50,888 nucleotides of DNA from a virus (taxonomy: Duplodnaviria; Caudoviricetes), in IMG/VR virus record IMGVR_UViG_3300050343_000151, positions 1 through 50,888 of that record. One strand, 5' to 3'. The notes under the pieces are model-generated. The model made no database searches, was not told the origin of the DNA, and was given only the letters and a program-made list of their open reading frames with translations. This document shows positions 1 to 6,781 of the stretch, piece after piece. The position numbers and the translations under genes were made by a program. Position 1 is the stretch's first letter; every line of letters begins with the position of its first letter.

Positions 1-174
1 ATACAAAAAGAAAAATCAAAAAGTGGGGCATACCCCCCCTCCTAGGATATTTAGATAGTGTCTACGGAAAGATTTTATAAGATGGTGCTACGCACATCTT
101 ATTTCTTTCTATGCTGTCGCTTCGCTCGGCATAAAAAGGGTAGGATTTTTAAAAAAGCTAGGAAAACTGCGGAT

Positions 175-675
175 TTAATTTATTTTTTTTTCAAATAAAG
201 AATTAAAATCAATGCTATCAAATAGATTTTTATTATCTGTTTTATTTTCTGTAATCTCGGTGGCTTCGCCTTGCATGAGTTGCAGAAGTTTCTGAAGTTT
301 TTCAATGGTGTTAATATGGGCGGTCATATCTTGGGCATTGTTCACTTGCACATTAGCGGATTTAAGAGCATTAAGTATATTATCAGTCGTCAAGTTTAGC
401 ACTTCGTTATAGGCCTCTAGTCGTTCCTTGGTACTTGATACCGTCTGAGATATAGCCTCTTTTATTCCCTCTTCTTTTATGGTGATTTCATGGCGTTTCA
501 CGGCCTCGGCCCAAGAGCCTTTGGCACTCCACCGCTTCAACGTGGGTATGCTCGGCGGTATTATTGCCGAATTATTGGCGATCATTAAGGCCCTCATTTT
601 GGGAATAGATCTGTCATTCCCCATAGTTAAATAAAGTTGCAAGGCTTCAGCCTCGCCGATTGCGTGTTTTACCAT
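175..675 (-). CDS. Putative terminase small subunit / HTH DNA-binding protein
   Basis: N-terminal HTH-like segment (RSIPKM...SIPTLKRWSAKGSW) followed by helical region. Same strand as, and circularly upstream of, terL. Start 675 has a GGGG SD; ORF can extend to 711. Confidence 0.55.
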   Translation of the reverse strand: MVKHAIGEAEALQLYLTMGNDRSIPKMRALMIANNSAIIPPSIPTLKRWSAKGSWAEAVKRHEITIKEEGIKEAISQTVSSTKERLEAYNEVLNLTTDNILNALKSANVQVNNAQDMTAHINTIEKLQKLLQLMQGEATEITENKTDNKNLFDSIDFNSLFEKKIN

Positions 676-781
676 AGCCCCAAATATAAACCAATTCCGC
701 ATTGATACCAATACACGTTAACAATTCCAAAAAATGGCGGTTTTATAGGCTATTTTAAGCATATAGATTTCTGGGCAATCG

Positions 782-842
782 TTGCCACAATTGAACATTT
801 TTTGGCTAAAAACAGCCAAATTTCCGGGGTGAATTGTGGCAA
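782..842. repeat. Nested inverted repeat in the divergent terS/early intergenic region
   Basis: TTGCCACAATT (782-792) / AATTGTGGCAA (832-842) enclosing TTTGGCT...AGCCAAA; IHF-like TAAGTTGTTGAAT near 863-875. Confidence 0.7.
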
Positions 843-991
843 TTTTGCTGCTGAAATGTGGCTAAGTTGTTGAATTTAATCAATAAATTTAATCATTTTT
901 GTTTTTTTTTCTGTCAAATACTGCTAATAATATGAATGCAATTTTTACACAGATTTTGCATGAATTACAAAACCCAAAACCAAAGGAAAAT

Positions 992-1315
992 ATGAACACA
1001 ATAGAAATAGATAACAAAGACAAAGAATTATTTAAATTCTTTCTTACTATCCAAAACCTTGAAGCCTTGGAAAATGTTTTTTCTGAGATCAAGCAATTTT
1101 GCGAAACTAAAAAACAGTTCGCAATAATTCTAGATCATTTGTCGAATGCAAGATTTGCAATTGATGATCTTAAATACTTACACGAACAAAAAGACGACAA
1201 CGGCCCATACACAAATTCATATATTGATAATTTTTTAAATAATGAAATTGATACTTATGAATACGATCTAGAAGAATTAGAAGAAAAATTTTCTAACCTT
1301 TATAGAAAATCTTAA
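992..1315 (+). CDS. Hypothetical acidic early protein
   Basis: AAAGGA SD before ATG 992; TAATG coupling to next gene. Confidence 0.75.
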   Translation: MNTIEIDNKDKELFKFFLTIQNLEALENVFSEIKQFCETKKQFAIILDHLSNARFAIDDLKYLHEQKDDNGPYTNSYIDNFLNNEIDTYEYDLEELEEKFSNLYRKS

Positions 1316-2058
1316 TGGAAGCCATTAAGAAAAAAAATAATTCTGTTGGCGGTATTCTTACCGCCTCAGAATTTGAGAACAATCTCTATAATTTTTTACA
1401 GTCTAAAAAATGGACTTTGAAACAAGCCAAAATTTTAAGCGGTGGCGGTATTACAAAACAAAACAAAAAAATGCCGTTTTATAATTATGATCTATCCGCT
1501 TGGGATTGCAAAAAAGGTTCACAATTACGCAACGTAAAAAATTCAGTGTGTGGTTCATGTTATGCCATGAAAGGTAATTACTTGAGATATAAAAACGGCT
1601 CAGTTGGCCGAAGCCATGAACTACATTTAAAAAGTTTAAATAATAGTTTTGATTGGGTCATTGCTATGGCTTATCAAATTATTCATTATAAAACTAAATA
1701 TTTTAGATTTCACGCAAGTGGCGATCTACAAAGCGTTGACCATGCAATTCAAATTATAAACCTTGCAAGGTTAACACCGTCTACAAGTTATTGGATTCCA
1801 ACAAGAGAAATTTCTTTCATTAAAGAAATACAAAAAAGAAATATTTCAATTCCTAAAAATTGTATTTTTAGAATATCCGCGCCACTTGTTGACGGCTTTT
1901 TAAATTCAAAAGTTTTCAAAAATACAAGTTCAGTTATTACCGACAGCAAAAAAGCAATCGGCAAAATATGCCCAAGTTCTAAACAAGGCGGTCAATGCTT
2001 AGATTGTCGAGCGTGTTGGAAGTTCAAAGAAACTAATATTAATTATTTAATTCATTAA
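1315..2058 (+). CDS. Phage Gp88-family protein (radical-SAM-like Cys motif)
   Basis: C-x14-CGSCYAMKG, FRFHASGD, YWIPTRE, C-terminal CP..C..C..CW. Confidence 0.8.
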   Translation: MEAIKKKNNSVGGILTASEFENNLYNFLQSKKWTLKQAKILSGGGITKQNKKMPFYNYDLSAWDCKKGSQLRNVKNSVCGSCYAMKGNYLRYKNGSVGRSHELHLKSLNNSFDWVIAMAYQIIHYKTKYFRFHASGDLQSVDHAIQIINLARLTPSTSYWIPTREISFIKEIQKRNISIPKNCIFRISAPLVDGFLNSKVFKNTSSVITDSKKAIGKICPSSKQGGQCLDCRACWKFKETNINYLIH

Positions 2059-2077
2059 CAAAAACGAAAGGTAAAAA

Positions 2078-2224
2078 ATGAAAACAACCACAGAAACAAT
2101 AAGCCAAGTTTTGCTTTGGCTTCTTTGCATTCTCTTAATGTCGCAAGGCTTTTTTATATCGTCTTTGATACTTTTTTTAATCTCAGCAATAAGAATTGCT
2201 TTTGTATTTATGGAGGATTTTTAA
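2078..2224 (+). CDS. Small membrane protein, 48 aa (not in ORF track)
   Basis: GAAAGGT SD; MKTTTETISQVLLWLLCILL...IAFVFMEDF, hydrophobic. Confidence 0.65.
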   Translation: MKTTTETISQVLLWLLCILLMSQGFFISSLILFLISAIRIAFVFMEDF

Positions 2225-2226
2225 GA

Positions 2227-2367
2227 ATGACAATAGCAAGTAAGCACAAAAATAAAAAACTTATACGCTTAAAAATAAAAATTAAGCAAAGAGAATTTTA
2301 CAAAACTCTAAACCCACAAGCAAAGCCTCTAGGCTTTAACCCTCAACGCAGATTTAAAAACCAATAG
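2227..2367 (+). CDS. Small basic protein, 46 aa
   Basis: GGAGG SD before ATG 2227; MTIASKHKNKK... Confidence 0.6.
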   Translation: MTIASKHKNKKLIRLKIKIKQREFYKTLNPQAKPLGFNPQRRFKNQ

Positions 2368-2379
2368 AAAGGAAAAAAA

Positions 2380-2829
2380 ATGATAAGCACAACAACGGAA
2401 TCACTGCACAAAATGCTAGGGAAAAAAATCTTTAGCATGGTATACGCAACGCAAAGCGGACGATTAATAAAGCGAACGTGTCAATTCGGAGTAAAAAAAT
2501 ATTGTAAAAACCCACCGAAAAAATATGAACATATTATTAATTATTATGATCACACTAAGCAAGGTTATAGATTTGCTAACCTTGGCGATATCAAAGCAAT
2601 CAAGCAAGGCAAGATTAATTTAAAAAGTAATGATTTTGATGAAAGTGAAATTGATAATCATAGTTTTATAATTATTACGCAACAAGTAATAACTAGAGAA
2701 TATCGCATTCAAGCAAAGACCGAGCAAGAAGCAAAAAAGATTTGGCATAAGTTGCCAAGCCTAACCGCTAAAAGCCAAGAAGCACAAAAAGAATTTATTA
2801 ATGAAGTTCAAGAGGAGGTACAGAAATGA
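2380..2829 (+). CDS. Hypothetical; N-terminal SH3/WYL-like beta-barrel plus C-terminal short alpha/beta domain
   Basis: GKKIFSMVY..SG..KR...YYD..KQGYR pattern; C-terminal EYRIQAKTEQEAKK pattern; GAAAGGA SD. Confidence 0.55.
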   Translation: MISTTTESLHKMLGKKIFSMVYATQSGRLIKRTCQFGVKKYCKNPPKKYEHIINYYDHTKQGYRFANLGDIKAIKQGKINLKSNDFDESEIDNHSFIIITQQVITREYRIQAKTEQEAKKIWHKLPSLTAKSQEAQKEFINEVQEEVQK

Positions 2830-3914
2830 ATGTGCTTTCTCTTTTTGACGGAATGTCTTGCGGTCGAATTGCACTCGATCGCATAGGTGTAAAAGTAAAT
2901 AAATATTATGCCTCTGAAATTGATAAATACGCTATCAAAGTAAGCAAAGCCAATTGGGATGATATCATTCATCTTGGTGATGTAAACGGCATTAAGCAAT
3001 GGTATGAGGATAATCAACCAAGCATAGATTTAATGCTCATGGGTTCACCATGCCAAGGTTTTAGTAATGCAAGTAAAGACAAATTAAATTTTGAACATCC
3101 ACAAAGTAAACTTTTCTTTGTAGCGGTAGAGATAATGAAACTTGTTAAGCCTAAATATTTTCTACTTGAAAATGTAAACATGAAAAAAGAATGGCAAGAT
3201 ATTATTTCTGATTATATGGGAGTAAAGCCAATAAAAATAAATTCCGCTTTATTATCAGCCCAATCAAGAAATAGATTGTATTGGACTAATATTCCATTTG
3301 ATCAAAACATTGAGGATAAAAATATTGTCTTAAAAGATATTTTAGATGAAGAAAATATTTTTACTGAGACTTATTCTAATTATCTCAATTCCAATTGGGG
3401 TGATAAGAAAAAAACCGACATGGTTAAATCTACTGAGGATAAAAAATCTCATTGTTTAACCGCTTCAATGTACAAAGGTCAAATTCCCACATGGATTAAA
3501 AAACCGTTACGAGTTGGAACTATTCAGCAGAGCGCTAAACAAGTTGTTAATAGTGACGCGTTAATTCAAGTTGGTATTGCCGATGATATCAAAGGTCATG
3601 ATATTTTAAGGCGTGTGTATTCAATTGAGGGTAAGGCCCCAACATTAAATACTTGTAGTGGTGGTAATCGTGAACCAAAAATTGCTGACAATGTAATTCC
3701 TATTGAGAAAAATAAATTCTTATGGAGAAAGTTAACGCCCACAGAATGCGAAGCCTTACAAACAGTTAATCGTGGTTATACCGATCATGTATCGAATACT
3801 CAAAGATACCGCATGTTAGGCAATGGGTGGACGGTGGATGTTATTGGTCACATCTTAAAACCATTATTAGAAGATCAAAAAATTGTATCAATCAAATCAA
3901 AGGAGGAAAAATGA
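2826..3914 (+). CDS. DNA cytosine-5 methyltransferase
   Basis: Motif I LSLFDG, motif IV GSPCQGFS, motif VI ENV, motif VIII QSRNR, motif IX/X RKLTPTECEALQ...LGNGW. Confidence 0.95.
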   Translation: MNVLSLFDGMSCGRIALDRIGVKVNKYYASEIDKYAIKVSKANWDDIIHLGDVNGIKQWYEDNQPSIDLMLMGSPCQGFSNASKDKLNFEHPQSKLFFVAVEIMKLVKPKYFLLENVNMKKEWQDIISDYMGVKPIKINSALLSAQSRNRLYWTNIPFDQNIEDKNIVLKDILDEENIFTETYSNYLNSNWGDKKKTDMVKSTEDKKSHCLTASMYKGQIPTWIKKPLRVGTIQQSAKQVVNSDALIQVGIADDIKGHDILRRVYSIEGKAPTLNTCSGGNREPKIADNVIPIEKNKFLWRKLTPTECEALQTVNRGYTDHVSNTQRYRMLGNGWTVDVIGHILKPLLEDQKIVSIKSKEEK

Positions 3915-4180
3915 CAAACGAAAGAAGTATTAAACAAACGTGGCTCGACAAAAAAGAGCGACAATTAGTTATAAAAATGGAAACCGCTTACGCAATAGCA
4001 GATGAAATATTTTTTAAATTTATAGATCATGAAGCATTACCGAGTGGTGTAAGGGAAATTTTTATAGAGGATGATATTGAAAACAATGGAACTAAAAACA
4101 CCGAGATTGGAACCGAACTTTATTATTCTATTGAAAATAAAATAGTTGAATTATTAAAAAAAACTGAGGAGGCAATATGA
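3911..4180 (+). CDS. Hypothetical early protein
   Basis: AGGAGG SD, ATGA overlap with the methyltransferase stop. Confidence 0.75.
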   Translation: MTNERSIKQTWLDKKERQLVIKMETAYAIADEIFFKFIDHEALPSGVREIFIEDDIENNGTKNTEIGTELYYSIENKIVELLKKTEEAI

Positions 4181-4554
4181 AAACATTTAAACAAAGAGTT
4201 GAGCAACTAAAAGCTAAAGGTCATGGTGAGGGTAAATATTTACTTCAAGCTATTCCTAATAATGAGGAGGGTAGAGCCTTTATTAAAATGTTTCGTAAGC
4301 ATTTAAATAGAGATTATTTTACACATTATACTCAAGGACGAAAAGACGAGGGTTCATGGTCGCATTCAATTACACCGAGTGAGGCTGATCATTTAGTTTT
4401 ATATGTTGCACCAAAAGAAGGTAAGTATTTTAGACAAGTTGAGCAATCAGTAAATTCTAAATTACTTGATGAAACTAAATTAAAAAAACATCAACTAAAT
4501 CTTTTAACACAACAATTAAATCTAATATCATTTGAGTTAGAGAAGTTAAAATAA
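4177..4554 (+). CDS. Hypothetical early protein
   Basis: GGAGG SD, ATGA overlap. Confidence 0.75.
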   Translation: MKTFKQRVEQLKAKGHGEGKYLLQAIPNNEEGRAFIKMFRKHLNRDYFTHYTQGRKDEGSWSHSITPSEADHLVLYVAPKEGKYFRQVEQSVNSKLLDETKLKKHQLNLLTQQLNLISFELEKLK

Positions 4555-4685
4555 TGGAACTTCATTTATCTCAATTACTAATTGTATTGCCGTTAATAGG
4601 CATTGGTTATGGCGTATGGATTATTTCATCCGCCATTACTGAACATTTTATAAACCACAACGAAAGGGAAAACGACAATGAATAA
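4554..4685 (+). CDS. Small single-TM protein, 43 aa (not in ORF track)
   Basis: TAATG coupling; MELHLSQLLIVLPLIGIGYGVWIISS... Confidence 0.6.
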   Translation: MELHLSQLLIVLPLIGIGYGVWIISSAITEHFINHNERENDNE

Positions 4686-5010
4686 TTTTAAAATAGAAAT
4701 CATTGAACGTAAGTATGCAACCGCTTCGGAAGCACAACAAGAAATCATGAGTAGAGATATGAATGATAAAGTTTTAAATGATAAGGCGTTTGCATTTAAT
4801 ATTCACGCTAACGAGGACGCTAACATTGAGGATTATGTATTCTATTCAGCTAAGATTTCTAATGGAGATCAAGTTTGGTATACCGATGAAAGCTATCTGC
4901 AACGAGCATGTTTAATGGAAAACATTGAATATCAATTACAAAGAATTGAACGTGGTCAAGAGCCAACATTTTTTGAGCAAGTTGAAGTTAGATTAAAGGC
5001 GGTACAATGA
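4678..5010 (+). CDS. Hypothetical early protein
   Basis: ORF with GAAAGGG SD within the operon. Confidence 0.75.
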   Translation: MNNFKIEIIERKYATASEAQQEIMSRDMNDKVLNDKAFAFNIHANEDANIEDYVFYSAKISNGDQVWYTDESYLQRACLMENIEYQLQRIERGQEPTFFEQVEVRLKAVQ

Positions 5011-5198
5011 CACCACAAAAAACCAAAACCGAAATCGATATGATCTGTAAAAGAAAATACCGCCATACCAATTGGGCAATCAAAGGCACATGTACTTTTG
5101 AAGAATTACAAGTAAACGAGATTGCTCACGTTGATAATGAAGAGGGTATCATTTACTTCAAAAACAAAGAATTCAATGTTTCGAGGTCAATATTATGA
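5007..5198 (+). CDS. Hypothetical early protein
   Basis: ATGA overlap; operon context. Confidence 0.65.
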   Translation: MTPQKTKTEIDMICKRKYRHTNWAIKGTCTFEELQVNEIAHVDNEEGIIYFKNKEFNVSRSIL

Positions 5199-5340
5199 AA
5201 TTTTTCTCACACAGATCATCGAGGATAAGCAATTTTGGTTGGGGCTTAGTGTTAGTACCCCTCCCAAATCGCAGAATTAGCTCGAATGCAGCTTTTGCTA
5301 AAAAGAAATTAAAAGTAACTAAACTGAAAGGAAAAAAGAA

Positions 5341-5535
5341 ATGAATGAAAATGAAATAGAAAAATATGTAGTTTACAATCTAAAAACTAAACAAGAAGAT
5401 TACAAATTTTTTAAAATACATAATGCGGAAGATAGAGCATTTTATTTAAATAGTGCTGTAATTTTAGAAGATGAAATTATACCTAAAACTACAAATTGGG
5501 TAGTAAAAGAAATTTTTAATAAGGAGAATAAATAA
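5341..5535 (+). CDS. Hypothetical early protein
   Basis: GAAAGGA SD; starts MNENEI. Confidence 0.7.
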   Translation: MNENEIEKYVVYNLKTKQEDYKFFKIHNAEDRAFYLNSAVILEDEIIPKTTNWVVKEIFNKENK

Positions 5536-5738
5536 TGAATGAAAATGAAATTGATAAATTAAGAGATGAACACACCTATACTAATATCAGTACTTACTCG
5601 ATAACTTTTTGTCGCATGGATAGTGACGGCAATATGTTAAAAGATGATAACGGCAAGGTTATAGAATATCGAGCCGATGATCTAGTATGTGATGATTTAT
5701 CTGAGGATTTAGAACTAGATGATTTGGAGGAAGTATAA
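5535..5738 (+). CDS. Hypothetical acidic early protein
   Basis: AAGGAG SD; starts MNENEI; very Asp/Glu rich. Confidence 0.7.
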   Translation: MNENEIDKLRDEHTYTNISTYSITFCRMDSDGNMLKDDNGKVIEYRADDLVCDDLSEDLELDDLEEV

Positions 5739-5989
5739 TGAAAGTAAAAGAACTTATAAAAGAATTACAAGAAGTACCTAATCAAAATGCAAGAGTAGAA
5801 CTATACATTCCTGATGAAATAGAGAATGACGGTGGTAGTGATATTGTACGAAAAGATTTTGCAGTACATTCGTCACACGCTATGAATGAAGATGAAGATA
5901 ATGCAGAGTATGTTGAATTATATGCTTTGATTGATTTACATGGTCATAAACACCCTTGTTTAGAAAGTGAGAACACATGGAAGAAGTAA
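5738..5989 (+). CDS. Hypothetical acidic early protein
   Basis: GGAGG SD; MKVKELIKELQ start common in small phage proteins. Confidence 0.7.
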   Translation: MKVKELIKELQEVPNQNARVELYIPDEIENDGGSDIVRKDFAVHSSHAMNEDEDNAEYVELYALIDLHGHKHPCLESENTWKK

Positions 5990-6026
5990 TTATCCAATCT
6001 ATCTTAATGATACTAATTTTTTTACT

Positions 6027-6530
6027 TTAGATACCTAAAGCCGTACAAAGCGAATTCATACCTATTTTAAGGTTGTTTAGCTGTTTGGGATGGTGATGAG
6101 GACTATTGATTAGTGCAAGTGGCATAATGTCGTAAATACAGATTTTATCGACCGCCACTTGGATAACGAGACCACAATCAAGTAAAGCATTCTTAGCGTG
6201 ATCGTATCTATTGCGAACTCGGATCTCAGTTTCCTCATCAATTAAGCCAAGACCTCTTGTGCTGCCGATTAAGTCAGCCGTGCTTGGGTTAACTGAACCA
6301 AAGATTTTGCGTCTGAGATTGCAGTATTGTTGACCAGCTTTCAACTGATACTCATTGATCAGACCACGAGCAAAAAGTACCCCAATTGCAGATTCCGCTA
6401 AGCTAGGATCACCAGGGCCAACTAACAATGCTCTCTTCATTTGCAATTCTGGTGTACCTACATCTCTAGCTGCAATAGGTTTCTTTTTGAGTTTCTTGTT
6501 TTTCTTTTTTCTCATAATTGCCTTTCCCAT
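6027..6530 (-). CDS. Hypothetical; possible late transcription regulator
   Basis: Last gene of the replication operon; GTPEL...LFARGLI..Q.KAG..Y pattern resembles alphaproteobacterial phage proteins. Function inferred from position only. Confidence 0.45.
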   Translation of the reverse strand: MGKAIMRKKKNKKLKKKPIAARDVGTPELQMKRALLVGPGDPSLAESAIGVLFARGLINEYQLKAGQQYCNLRRKIFGSVNPSTADLIGSTRGLGLIDEETEIRVRNRYDHAKNALLDCGLVIQVAVDKICIYDIMPLALINSPHHHPKQLNNLKIGMNSLCTALGI

Positions 6531-6535
6531 GTTAT

Positions 6536-6765
6536 CAGAGAGGCGCTAAAATTTTTATTTTAGCACTCTCTTATTTATAAGAGGAACATCTTACCATCTT
6601 AAATTCGTTATATATTTCAACGACTTAAAGATGTTCACGCCTAAACTTTCAATGATCATCTTAACGCTCCGAATTCCTTAGTAAATTCAACGAGTTAAGA
6701 CCATTTAAGATGTTCATGACCATCTTAAATTTGCCAACTTTTAAGATGTTCAGATCATCTTGAAC
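6536..6765. repeat. Putative replication origin (iterons in both orientations)
   Basis: Eight AAGATG/CATCTT-core repeats (6584, 6593, 6628, 6654, 6706, 6718, 6741, 6753) and two TTCAACGA(C/G)TTAA copies (6616, 6686), directly downstream of the primase-helicase. Confidence 0.7.
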
Positions 6766-6781
6766 CCCAAATCCTGAATGG

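Noticed and set aside
1-174. Circular join supplying the missing terL N-terminus
   Set aside because: No terminal overlap and no terminase Walker A-like coding sequence recognisable on the minus strand here.
886-917. Leftward sigma70 promoter for terS (TTGACA at 917-912)
   Set aside because: No convincing -10 at correct spacing, and the spacer is a homopolymer of uncertain length.
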